This document shows, piece after piece, positions 25,345 through 37,344 of a stretch of DNA of 64,000 nt. Origin of the DNA: Felis catus. Lineage: Eukaryota. The stretch's first letter is position 1, and every line of letters starts with the position of its first letter. The position numbers and the translations under genes were made by a program. The stretch is taken from the NCBI RefSeq assembly GCF_018350175.1, contig NC_058368.1, positions 202,928,001 through 202,992,000 on the forward strand, read 5' to 3'. Below the pieces are notes generated by a model. It worked only from the letters and a program-made list of their open reading frames with translations, made no database searches and was not told the origin of the DNA.

Positions 25345-26408
25345 ATATGTCAAGTGCCCCTCACACACATGTATTATGTTATGCCACCTCTTTAACCATA
25401 CTGGAAATGGAAGGGAAGAAATAATTAATGAAATAATTCAAAACAATTTCCCATCACTGAAAGCCATGGGTTTCGAGACTAAAAGGCCCAGAGACCAGCT
25501 AGATAAAAACATCTTGGCTTAAGGTCCATAATGTTAACATTTAGATCACTGAGGCAATGAGAGGAATATGCAAGCTTCCAGAAGGCTGGGGAAAAACAGC
25601 TCACATACAAAGGATGAGGAATCAGAGTGCTTTCTGACTTCTCAACAACTCTAGGAGGTAAAAGGTAAATGGAGTAATGCCTTTACAATCTGGAAGATGA
25701 TTTGCAACCTAAAACTGTATGTTTAACCAAACTATCAATCAAGTGTGAGGGTAAATCGAACAATGCAGGATCTCCCACTTACTTATCTCCCATAAATCCT
25801 TTCTTGGTAAGCTACTGAAGAGTGTTCTCCAGCAAATCAATGGGGGTAAATCCATAAATGAATAGCAAGACTTTGAGTACAGAAAGCAGAAGTACTGATG
25901 CAGGTACAGAGAAGATAATGATAAAGGAAAATCACAGAATTGTTAACAGTGGATCACATGTGCGAGGCAATTATCCTAGATAAAAGATCTCCAAGATGGA
26001 TGTCTCCAAGAAAAGAAAATTGAACTAGGAACTCATCTTATATGATCAGCTTTGGGGAAAATAGTACTGAAAGTTCTTGATTGGTGTAGAAAGAATTAGA
26101 AACAGGTACCAGGAAATTAAGCAAAGAGGAAAACAAAGCAAATATTAAATCCTAAGAAAAATAGCGTAATCACAATACATTACACATAATCACAATACAT
26201 TACAACTCTCATCTGGGAACAACATTTTCATGAGTATAAATTGTAACATCAGGTATCAATATACTACAATTTTCAGGGATGGCAGAGGAGCACAAGATAG
26301 GAGGTGGTTGAGCAGACTAAATCATCACACTGTAATGAGAAAATATGAATATCTAAAATCGATAAATCAAAAGTATAAATATATTAATATTTAAAAATAC
26401 AGTGATAT

Positions 26409-26626
26409 AGGAGGCCTGGGTGACTCAGTCGGTTAAGCATCCAACTGGATCTCAGCTCAGGTCATGATCTCCCAGTTTGTGAGTTCGAGCCCTGCATCAG
26501 GCTCTGCACTGGCAGCACGGAGCCTGTTTGTGATTCTGTCTCTCCCTCTCTCTGCCCCTTCCTCTCTCTTTCTCTCAATCTCTCTCTCCCTCTCTCAAAA
26601 TAAATAAATATACTTAAAAAAAAACT
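26409..26626 (+). mobile_element. Can-SINE
   Basis: Full body; TSD TTAAAAATA(C/T)AGT(G/A)AT(A/G)TA at 26391 and 26627. Confidence 0.95.
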
Positions 26627-26714
26627 TTAAAAATATAGTAATGTATAAAAATATAGTAATGTATAATATAGTAATGTATAGTAAAGTTTTTAAAAACTTT
26701 AAAAATATAGTAAC
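26627..26714 (+). repeat. Short tandem array of AAAAATATAGTAATGTAT units with an embedded 20-bp palindrome
   Basis: Progressively shortened units; TAAAGTTTTTAAAAACTTTA at 26682-26701 is its own reverse complement. Confidence 0.9.
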
Positions 26715-27279
26715 TAACTCCAGAATATGGAGTTTAGGCTTGAAGGTGATTGTTCCTGGGATGGATGAAGGATGAAGTAAGGAGAGTTATTGCAGGTAAC
26801 GATGATATAGGTGTTTTGGTAACATTTGCATTATTAAACTATGTTCATGTATTCCTTTGGGAAAAAAATTTTCATAAAAATAATTTTAAGGGTTTAACTA
26901 ATATGCCATAATATAATTAAATATAAAATGCTTAAAACTGATAATAATCTCATAATAAATGAAGAAAAAAGAAAAATATTTCTCCCTCAACAGATTATCA
27001 AAGTTTAAAAAGAAGAGTGAATGAAGAATGTCAAGATTTGATGAGGACATGGGGAAAGGCTGGTGAGGATATGAAATGTTCTGGAAGACAATGTAACAAA
27101 GTATCTCAGGAATCCATGATATGCACTTTTCTGAATTACAGAAACTTTGCTTTTATCTCTTGACCTAGGAGAATAAATGGAGCTATGAAAAGGCAAAGAC
27201 AGTCATTGTTGTTTATGATTGTAACCATAGCCTAAGAATCCACTACAGAGGATTGGTCAAATCAAATCTTTGCTAAAAT

Positions 27280-27560
27280 AATATCTTCCTCTCAGGGCTT
27301 TTTCATATCAGACTATTTAAAATGGAAACTCTCATCCTCCTTAGCTAGTATTTTAAAACTTTCTGCACAGCACTTGTCTACATCTGACACACATGGTTTA
27401 TGTGACATAGTTTACTCACTGCTTTACTTATGGTAGCCTCTTCCCACTAGAAGGTAAGCTTCATGAGGATAGGGACTTTTAAAAATTCATAATTGTATCA
27501 AGAACACCTAATGGTATTGTATCAATGTAGTATATGCTTAATGAATATTTTCATTAATAG
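27280..27560 (+). mobile_element. L2 3' end
   Basis: CCCACTAGAAGGTAAGCTTCATGAGGATAGGGAC is the hallmark L2 3' motif. Confidence 0.7.
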
Positions 27561-28298
27561 AATAAAATGTAGATGTTATTTTATGATGTAGAATTAAGTT
27601 TGTAGGTCTGGAGTTGTATATATTATATATTAAACAAGAAAAGAAGAGTATATAGCATGATATAGGATATAATTTGACTTCATTAAGATTGAAAATATTT
27701 GTGAGCATAGAAAAGGAAGAGAATCAGATACATTAATGTATTTTATGTATTTCCATTTTGCCTATCTTTATTTCTTGACCTTTCTTCTAGGGAACATGTA
27801 TTATATATGCAGTGAAAAATAAAAACCAACTCATGTTTAGTTCAGAAGATAACCATTATGAATCTAGGTATTTTTAGGAATGACAATGAAAGACTTTACT
27901 CTCCTTCCATAATGCCTCCATAAAGCAGATTCCAAGTTGATTTAGTGAGTGTAACACCTAGACTATTTAGTGAGGGTAAGCACCTCACCCTCTTAGAGAC
28001 CGGAAGCAACTGCTCCGGTAGCCAATGTTATTAGCTGACGACAACCTCACCCTGACCACCAATGACCAGGGATGAGGTTTATGAAACATAAATGAAAGTC
28101 AATAGTCATATTCTGGGCAGCAGAAGAATAAGAGCAATTTTCTGACTAAAACTTCCTCTACCATCTCATAACTGACTTCAGCTACACTGTATTCAGCTAC
28201 CCTTTAATGGAACCTTCTGATCTCTGAATTCAAGAGTCTAAGAACTCAAAGCTCTTCTGAGAAAGACAGTTCAGAGTGTGATTTAAGAGTTAGGACCT

Positions 28299-28533
28299 GG
28301 GGCGCCTGGGTGGCGCAGTCGGTTAAGCGTCCGACTTCAGCCAGGTCACGATCTCGGGGTCCGTGAGTTCGAGCCCCGCGTCAGGCTCTGGGCTGATGGC
28401 TCGGAGCCTGGAGCCTGTTTCCGATTCTGTGTCTCCCTCTCTCTCTGCCCCTCCCCCGTTCATGCTCTGTCTCTCTCTGTCCCAAAAATAAAAAAAAAAA
28501 TTAATAAATAAATTAAAAAATAGTTGGAAAAAA
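28299..28533 (+). mobile_element. Young SINEC_Fc inserted in a MIR
   Basis: Near-consensus and CpG-rich; perfect TSD AAGAGTTAGGACCT at 28285-28298 and 28534-28547. Confidence 0.97.
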
Positions 28534-29109
28534 AAGAGTTAGGACCTAATTCCCTGGTTTCAAATTCCACCTCTGCTGCTCACTAGCAATGTGTTGACTT
28601 GGGTCAATTTGTATAAATTCACTGAGCCTCAGTCTTTCTCAACTGTGAGGCCAACACTACTTTTTAGAGTTCCTATACGTTATTACATGACTTATAATAT
28701 GTAAATTATTTCCAATAGTGCTTAGCAAATCTCTCCATAATACTAATTATATTTACTCATATATATGAATATATGTTCATATTAGCACTTACTGACACAT
28801 GTTAATGTGTATTATATATATATGTAATTTTTTAAAATATAATTTATTGTCAGGTTAGCTAACACACAGTGTATAAAGTGTGCTCTTGACTTCAGGAGTA
28901 GATTCCCATGATTCATCACTTAACATACAACACCCAGTGCTCATCCCAAGTGCCCTCCTCCATGCTCATCAGTCATTCCCCACCCCCCACCTCCTCCTTC
29001 AACTGTCAGTTTGTTCTCTGTATTTAAGAGTCTCTTATGGTTTGCCTCCCTCTCTGTTTGAAACTATTGTTTTCTCCTTCCCTTCCCTCATGGCCTTCTG
29101 TTAAGTTTC

Positions 29110-32100
29110 TCAGATTCCACATATGAATGAAAACATATGATATCTGTCTTTCTCTGAATGACTTATTTTACCTAGCATAATACCCCCCAGTTCCATCCAT
29201 GTTGTTGCAAATGTCAAGATTTCATTCTTTCTCATTTCCAAGGAGTATTCCATTGTATGTATATACCATATCTTCTTTATCCATTCATCAGTTGATGGAC
29301 ACTTAGGCTCTTTCCATAATTTGGCTATTGTTGAAAGAGCTGCTATAAACATTGGGGTACATGTGCCCCCATGAATCGGCATTCCTGCATCCTTAGGATA
29401 AATTCCTAGGAGTGCTATTGCTGGGTCTGTAGGGTAATTCTATTTTTAATTTTTTGAGGAAACTCCATACTGTTTTCCAGAGTGGCTGCACCAGTTTGCA
29501 TTCCCACAAATACTACAAGACAGTTCCCATTTCTCTACATCCTCACCAACATCTGTTGTTTCCTGAGTTGTTAATTTTAGCCACTCTGACTGGTGTGAGA
29601 TGGTATCTCAATGTGGTTTTGATTTGTAGTTCCCTGATGCCGAGTGATGTTGAGCATCTTTTCATATATCTTTTGGCAATCTGGATGTGTTTGGAAAGTG
29701 TCTATGTCTTCCACCCATTTCTTCACTGGATTATTTGTTTTTCCGGTGTTGAGTTCGGTAAGTTCTTTATAGATTTTGGATACTAACCCTTTATGTAATA
29801 TGTCATTTGCAAATATCTTCTCCCATTCTGTAAGTTGCCTTTTAGTTTTGTTGGTCGTTTCCTTTGCTTTGCAGAAGGTTTTTATCATGATGAGGTCCAA
29901 TAGTTCATTTTTGCTTTTATTTCCCTTGCCTTCGGAGACCTATCGAGTAAGAAGTTGCTGTGGCTGAGGTCAAAGAGGTTGTTGCCTATTTTTTCCTCTA
30001 GGCTTTTGATGGTTTCCTGTCCACATTTAGGTCTTTCATCCATTTTAAATTTATTTTTGTGTATAGTGTAAGAAAGTGGTCTAGTTTCATTCTTCTGTAT
30101 GTTGTGGTCCAGTTGTCCCAGCACCATTTGGTAAAGAGACTGTCTTTATTCCATTGGATACTCTTTCCTGCTTTGTCAAAGATTAGCTGGCCATATATTT
30201 ATGGGTCCAATTCTGGGTTCTCTATTCTATTCCATTGGTCTGTATGTCTGTTTTTGTGCCAATACTGTACTGACTTGATGATTACAGCTTTGTAGTACAG
30301 GCTAAAGTCTGGGACTGTGATGCCTTTAGCTTTGGTGTTCTTTTTCAACATTATTTTGGCTATTTGGGGTCTTTTGTGGTTCCATACAAATTTTAGGATT
30401 GTTTGTTCTAGCTCTGAGAAGAATGCTACTGCAATTTTGATTCAAATTGCATTGAATGTGTAGATTGCTTTGGTCAGTATTTACATTTTAACAATATTTG
30501 TTCTTTCAATCCATGAGCATGGAATGTTTTTCCTTTTTTTGGTGTCTTCTTCAATTTCTTTCATAAGTTTTCTACAGTTTTCAGCATAAAGATCTTTTAC
30601 CTCTTTGGTTAGATTTATTCCTAGGTATTTTATCGTTCTTGGTGCAATTGTAAATGGGATTGATTCCTTAACCAATCTTCTGTTGCTTCATTATATCTGT
30701 TTCTATTGCTTCATCAATTTCATTATTATTCAGAAATGCAACTGATTTCTATACATTGATTTTTGTATCCTGCAACTTTGCTGAATTCATGCATCAGTTC
30801 TAGCAGCTTTTTGGTGGAGTCTTTTGGGTTTTCCATGTAGAATATCATGTCATCTGCCAAAAGTAAACCTTTGACTTCTTTGCCAATTTGGATGTCTTTT
30901 ATTTCATTTTGATGTCTGATTGCTGAAACTAAGAATTCCAATACTATGTTAAACAACAGTGGTGAGAGTGGACATCCCTGTCGTGTTCCTGATCGCAGGG
31001 GGAAAGCTCTCAGTTTTTCCCCATTGAGGATGATATTAGCTGTGGGCCTTTCATATATGGCTTTTATGATGTTAAACTATGTTCCTTCTATCCCGACTTA
31101 CTTGAGAGTTTTTATTAAGAAAGTATGTTGTATTTTGTCAAATGTTTTTTCTGCGTCTATTGACAGAATCATATGGTTCTTATCTTTTCTTCTATTAATG
31201 TGGTGTATCAATGTGATGTTCATTGATTTGCAAATATTGAACCAGCCCTGCAGTCCAGGAATGAATCCCACTTGATCATGGTAAATAATTCTTTTAATAT
31301 ACTATTGAATTTGATTTGCTAGTATCTTGTTGAGAATTTTTGCCACATGTTCATCAAGGATATTGGCCTGTAATTCTCCTTTTTAGTGGAGCCTCTGTCT
31401 GGTTTGGGAATCAAGGTACTGCTGGCTTCATAGAATGAGTCTGGAAGATTTCCTTCCATTTCTAGTGTTGGAACAGTCTGAGAAGAATAGGTATTAACTC
31501 TGCTTTAAATATCTGGTAAAAATTCCCCTGGAAAGACATCTGGCCCAGGACTCTTATTTGTTGGGAGATTTTTGATAATTGTTTCACCTTCTTCACTAGT
31601 TATGGATCTGTTCAAATTTTCTATTTCTTCCCATTTGAGTTTTGGTAGTGTGTGGTTGCTTAGGAATCTTTCCATTTCTTCCAGATTGTTCAATTTTCTG
31701 GTATATAATTTTTCATAGTATTCTCTAATAATTGTTTGTATTTATGTGGTGTTGGTTGTGATCTCTCCTCTTTCCTTTTTAAAAAAAATTTTAAATGTAT
31801 TTGTTTTTGAGAGAGAGAGACAGAGACAGAGTGCAAGCAAAGGAGGGAGGGCAGAGACAGAGGGAGACACAAAATCCAAAGCAGGACCCAGGCTTTGCAC
31901 TGTCAGCAGAGAGCCTGATGTGGGGCTTGAACTCATAAACCATGAGATCATGACCTGAACCGCGGTTGGACACTTAACCAACTGAGCCACCCAGGTGCCC
32001 TGTGGTCTCTCCTCTTTCATTCATGATTTTATCTATTTGGGTTCTCTCTCTTTTCTGTTTGAGAAGTCTGGCTAGGGGGTTATCAATTTTGTTTATTCTT

Positions 32101-33210
32101 TCAAAAAACCAGCTCTTAGATTCACTGATCTGTTCTACTGTTTTTTTGATTATACGTTGTTTATTTCTGCTCTAATCTTTATTATTTCTCTTCTGCTGGC
32201 TTTGGGGTTTCTTTGCTCTTCTGCTTCTAGTTACATTACGTGTGAGGTTACATTCTGTATTTGGGATTTTTTTCCTGTTTCTTGAGATAGCCCTGAATTA
32301 CAATGTATTTTCCTCTTAAGACTGCTTTTGCTGCACCCCAAAGGGTTTGGACTGTCGTATTTTCATTTTCATTTGTTTCCATATATTTTTTAGTATCTTC
32401 TTTAATTGCCTGGTTGACCCATTCATTCTTTAGTAGGATGTTCTTTAACCTCCATGCATTTGGAAGCTTTCTAAAATTTTTCTTGTGGTTGATTTCCAGT
32501 TTCATAGCATTGTGATCTGAAAATACACATGTTATTATCTCAATCCTTTTATATTTATTGAAGGCTGTTTTTGACCCAGTATGTGATCTATTTTGGAGAA
32601 TTTTCTATTTATGCTAGAGAAGAATGTGTATTCTGCTGCTTTTGAATGAAAAGTTCTGAATATATCTGTCAAGTCCATATGGTCCAGTGTATCATTCAAG
32701 GCCATTGTTTCTGTATTGATTTTCTGCCTAGATGATCTGTCCATTTCTGTAAGTGGAAGATTAAAGTCACCTACAATTATTGTATTATTATCAATAAGAA
32801 TTGCTTATGTTTGTGATTAATTGATTTATATATTTGGTTGTACCAAATTGGGGACATAGAGATTTGTGATTGTTAGCTCTTCTTGATGGATAGACCCCTT
32901 AATCATGATATAATGCCCCTCTTCATTTCTTGTTACAGTTTTTAGTTTAAAAACTAGTTTGTTTAAACTAGTTTAAACTAGTAAACTAGTTTACTCCAGC
33001 TTTCTTTTGACTTTCAATAGCATGATAGATGGTTCTCCATTCCCTCACTTTCAACCTGCAGGTATCCTCAGGTCTACAATGAGTCTCTTGTAGACAGCCT
33101 ATATATGGATCTTGTTTTTTTATCCATTCTGATACTCTATGTCTTTTGAATGGGGAATTTAGTGTATTTACATTCAGAGTAATTACTGAAAAATATGGAT
33201 TTAGTGTCAT
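29110..33210 (-). pseudogene. L1 ORF2 (endonuclease/reverse transcriptase), multiple stops and frameshifts
   Basis: MTLNPYFSVITLNVN...CLQETH (EN), [16 protein letters not shown] (RT core), [32 protein letters not shown] (C-terminus). Confidence 0.95.
31775..32000 (-). mobile_element. Can-SINE nested in L1 ORF2
   Basis: TSD TGTG(A/G)TCTCTCCTCTTTC at 31757-31774 and 32001-32018. Confidence 0.96.
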
Positions 33211-33278
33211 TGTGTTATCTCTATGTTTCATGCTTGTGATGATGTCTCTTGTCCTTGGTAGTCTTTGCAGCATTCCAT

Positions 33279-34151
33279 TCACAGAGTCCCCCTTAGCATC
33301 TCCTGCAGGTCTGATTTAGTGGTCATGAACTCCTTCAGTGTTTGTTTGTCTTGGAAAGCCTTTATGTCTCATATTCTGAATGACAGTCTTGCTGGATAAA
33401 GTATCCTTGGCTGCATATTTTTCCTATTCAATACATTGAATATTTCCTGCCACTCCCTTCCGTCCTTCCAAGTTTCAGTGGATAGGTCTGCTACCACAGT
33501 TATGTATCTACCCTTATAGGTTAAGGCCCTTTTGTCCCTAGCTGCATTCAGAATTCTCTATCTTTTTGTCTTGCCATTTTCACTATGATATGCCATGGCA
33601 ATGACCTATCCTTGTTGATTCTGAAGGGAGTTCTCTATGCCTCCTGGACTTGGATGTCTGCTTCCTTCCCCAGATTAGGCAAGTTCTCAACTATAATTTG
33701 TTCAAGTAAACCTTCTGCCCCTTTCTCTCTCTCTTCTTTTCTGGAACTCCTAGAATATGGACATTATTACATTTCATTGAATCACTTAGGTCTCTAATTG
33801 ATAGTCTAGTATTTTCCTCTCTTTTTTTTCAGCTTCATCATTTTCCATAATTTTATCTTCTAATTTACTTACTCTCCCCTCTGCTTCCTCCATCCTTACT
33901 GTCATTACATCTAGTTTGTTTTGTATCTCATTTATGGCATTTAATTCATCGTGACTATTTCTTAGGTCCTTGATCTCTGCAGCAATAGGTTCTCAGCTGT
34001 CTTCTATGCTTTTTTCAAGCCCCGCTATTAGTCTTATGACTATTATTCTAAATTCTTGATCAGATACATTGCTTATATCTGTTTTGAGCAATTCTCTGGC
34101 TGTCATTTCTTCATGGAATTTCTTTTGAGGAGAATTCATCCATTTCATCAT
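33279..34151 (-). pseudogene. L1 ORF1, disrupted
   Basis: MMKWMNSPQKKFHEEMTARELLKTDISNVSDQEFRIIVIRLIAGLEKSIEDS at the start; ends ...GTL-stop; internal stops and deletions. Confidence 0.9.
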
Positions 34152-35630
34152 TTTGTCTAGTTTTGTGCCTTTTAAGTGCTTTAATAGCTTGCTATGTGTC
34201 CTGCACCTTTCAAGTACTAGTATATTAAAAAGGACAGTCATACACCGTCCAGACCCTGGCCCTTCAGGGAATGTGTTGCATGCTCTCTGTCATTGTGACT
34301 CTGGTTGCTTTATCTCCCTACTTGTAGTGGTGGTTTGGACCTTTCACCAGGCGTGCTTTTGATTTGTTCATCGAAGTAATTGTCTGTCCTGCCAAGCTGT
34401 CCCAGTGGGCTCCTGGAGATGTTTCTTTCACTCTGTAGCCTGGATTCCTGGAATTCCAAATCTTTTGACCTTAATACTGTTGTGTTTGAAGAACAAGAGA
34501 ACCTCAGGTCCCTCTACTTTTCTACCATGTTGACTCCTCCTCCATATATACGTATGTAATTTTGATATAAGTAGCATTTACTATTTCTAACCACATTAGA
34601 TACAAACGGTTAGCAAAGAAGTCCCCATCCATTTGGACAATGATCTAGGACAAATATTAATGTCTCATGAGGACATGAGTACAATTATTAATGTGTAATA
34701 AAATGGAAGAAAAATCTGAAACAAGAGAAATTATCCACAAAGAAAATAAGAGCACAAAGAATATAGAGTGAGAAAGGGCAGGCAGGTACCAAGTATCCAA
34801 AAGGACAGATGGAGGATGTCTTGGAATTTGTGTTAAGAAGCTGAAAATGACAAAAAGAGAGAGTTTGAAGGAAAGATGTTGAGAGTGTTGAGACAGTAAA
34901 TAAAAATTTTAAGATACTTTTATTTAATGAAAAACAAACCAAGAATTAAAGAGATTTTTTTTCTGGGACTATTTCTCTGAATTGCCACCACACACAGGTT
35001 GAGTTATGTGGGTTACACAGACCTTCAGGCAGAGACATTTCTGGTAATGAAGTACCAAGCTGAGAATTTCTTCTTTCTGGGATGTGTATCCTGCTTCTAA
35101 CCCAACAAATCAATAGAAACAACCAAACAGTAGGGACAGTATGTTTCTTCACAGCATGAGGTTCTGTATGTTTGTTTTTGAATCTGATTTCAGGCTTCCA
35201 TGTTCTCTGTGCTTTTGGATAGGTTGATATTTTTTCCCCATCCCCATGGCCTCAGTCTCAAATAGTCATTGAAAGAAGGATTGGGAATGTCAACCAAAAC
35301 AGTTGTGCTCACTATGCATTCCATATAGCAAGCTGACACTAAATTACCATTTTGTAATATGTATCTGGGCAAGCATTATGCCTACAGCTTTCTAACTTCT
35401 TGATAGTGGTTTTTACTTTGAAAGAATAACTTTTTTTTCCTGATTTCTCACCAGAAAGTAATTTGCTTTAGCTTGAACAGGAAACATTATGGCTTCTGCT
35501 CTGTTTTCGGGAGATTTATTGGAAGCTCTGACATTACCTATAACATTTCTTAATGTCATCATACTATCTAAATTACATTTTCTGGGAAGGACTAAGGCCA
35601 GATATGATCAATATTCTATTCACTATTCTA

Positions 35631-35836
35631 ATTTTTTTTTAGTTTATTCTTTTTTGAGACAGAGAGACAGAGTGTGCGCAGGGGAGAAGCAGAGAGAGAG
35701 AGGGAGACACAGAATCTGAAGCAGGCTCCAGGCTCTGAGCTGTGCACAGAGCCTGACATGGGGCTTGAACCCACAAACTGAGATCATGACCTGAGCCGTA
35801 CTCGGACTCTTAACCGACTGAGGCACCCAGGCGTCC
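35631..35836 (-). mobile_element. Can-SINE
   Basis: TSD TCTATTCACT(A/G)TTCT at 35615 and 35837. Confidence 0.95.
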
Positions 35837-36080
35837 TCTATTCACTGTTCTGAAAGCAAAGATAGGAATTCTTTGAGGAAATCTGCTACTGGAGAACTCT
35901 AAATGTTGCTGGAGTTTAGTGAAAGGAGCATAATAATTGGAACAAAAGTACTGAAGTTGTTTAGACTTTATAAACCAATTGATTTAAAGGCACAATTAGA
36001 TTAAAGAGAAACTAATAGTTAACTTTCACCAAGGTTATGAGAGCAATTAAATGAAAAATGTATTTAATGGTGTCCATTAT

Positions 36081-36220
36081 TGTGGCAGACACAGTTGTCA
36101 TTCTACCTACATCTGTTTGGCCCTCAACATATCTATGTGTGGTGACTCAACAACTTTCAACTGCTAGCACCTACGATTCTGCCTGGATGATTCCTATGAC
36201 CACCAGAGTCTTGGGAGAAG
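36081..36220 (+). mobile_element. LTR16-like ERVL LTR fragment
   Basis: TGTGGCAGACAC...CAACTTTCAACTGCTAGCACCT resembles the recalled LTR16C/E start; adjoins ERVL internal sequence. Confidence 0.55.
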
Positions 36221-36234
36221 CTCTCAGTAATTAG

Positions 36235-36960
36235 GTAGAAAAGGTGATGCTACGTAGCCTCCATACTTGGCCACTCCAGTGCTTACACGAAGGATCCATG
36301 AATGGAATAGCCATGGTAGAAGGGGTTAAGACTATGTGTGGGCCAACTGTATGGGTTACCTCTCACCAAGGCTGATTTAGCTACTACTGCTTTTAAACGT
36401 GTGACCTCTTAGTGGCAACAGAGACCGATACAAAGTCTTGGTAAGGTACCATTCCTCGAAGACCAAATTCAGCCCCTGGGTGACACATTGCTTTTATTGA
36501 AATTCTCCATCTAACTGGGGAGGAAGGCAGCATTCATATTTAGCAAGATGAGAATCTTCCATACATGAGTTTGCCATCCCTATTCACAGTCTCTCAGCCA
36601 GCATTACTACATAAGTGCTCACAGAGTGTTTAACTTGCCATTATGGGATCCTATGTAACATTGCCTTGACCAAAGGGCCTACATTATAGTGAAACACATG
36701 CAACAATGTGCAACCAAAGAATCTATTTGTTCTCTGAGTATACTGCACCATCCAAAAACAACTGGCATGATGGGAAGCTGAATGGTTTTTTAAAGGTGTA
36801 ACTATAAGTGACAGTTTGAGAAAAGTGACACTATAGTCAGAACACTTTTTCAAGATATGATATATGTTTTGAAGTAGTAACAATTATGCAGTGCCATGAC
36901 CCTAATAGCTAATAGTTGGATCCAGTGATCAAGGACTAGAAATACGAGTGGCCTCTTTGA
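36235..36960 (+). mobile_element. ERVL internal relic, integrase region
   Basis: Degenerate peptides ATPVL..IHEWNSHG, LTKADLATTA and YGILCNIALTKGLH match ERVL integrase zinc-finger and core motifs. Confidence 0.8.
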
Positions 36961-36964
36961 ATTA

Positions 36965-37342
36965 ATGTGGATTCCTCCAGATACTAAAACCAAGGCAAGG
37001 ATCCCAATGCAAGTAATTTACTGGAGAGGCAAAAGGCTCAGTAGTAAGCATGTAAGGAAGTGTGATAGAGAAGGAAGTGAGCCAATAAGTGATGCTCTAT
37101 TGAGGGGTTTTTACTATGAACTTTAGGCTTGTATCTCATAGAAAAACTATGAGCTCACTTAAACCTCAGGGGTCAAGAGATGTTGAATTTTCACAGATAA
37201 TTCCAGTCAGTAACTTATCAAGGACTTCTCCTAGAGGCTTTAATTAATATCCCGGAATTCAGGTAAAAGAAACAAGCTGGAAGTCAGGCTAAGCACTGGG
37301 GTATTCAGGGTGAGATTATAGGTCAGACATAAATTGCATCAT
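36965..37342 (-). mobile_element. LTR33-like LTR inserted in the ERVL relic
   Basis: TGGATTCCTCCAGA...GGCAAGGATCCCAATGCAAGTAATTTACTGGAGAGG; ERVL homology stops and resumes on either side. Confidence 0.5.
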
Positions 37343-37344
37343 CA

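Larger units (their letters stand above)
25420..26872 (+). mobile_element. HAL1 (half-L1) relic, interrupted by a SINE
   Basis: CACATACAAAGGATGAGGAATCAGA...GACTTCTCAACA...CCAAACTATCAATCAAGTGTGAGGGTA and 3' end TAAACTATGTTCATGTATT match the recalled HAL1 consensus. Confidence 0.75.
28831..34543 (-). mobile_element. Carnivore/felid LINE-1 with both termini, inactivated
   Basis: 5' end GGAGGAGGAGTCAACATGG, ORF1 and ORF2 remnants, 3'UTR and A-rich tail; TSD core TATGTAATTTT on both sides. Confidence 0.97.

Noticed and set aside
27995..28070. Cluster of CCGGAAG, CCAAT and TGACG motifs
   Set aside because: Short motifs with no CpG island or other support.
28831..34543. Potentially active L1
   Set aside because: Both ORFs carry many stops and frameshifts, ORF2 has a nested SINE, and the 5'UTR is short.
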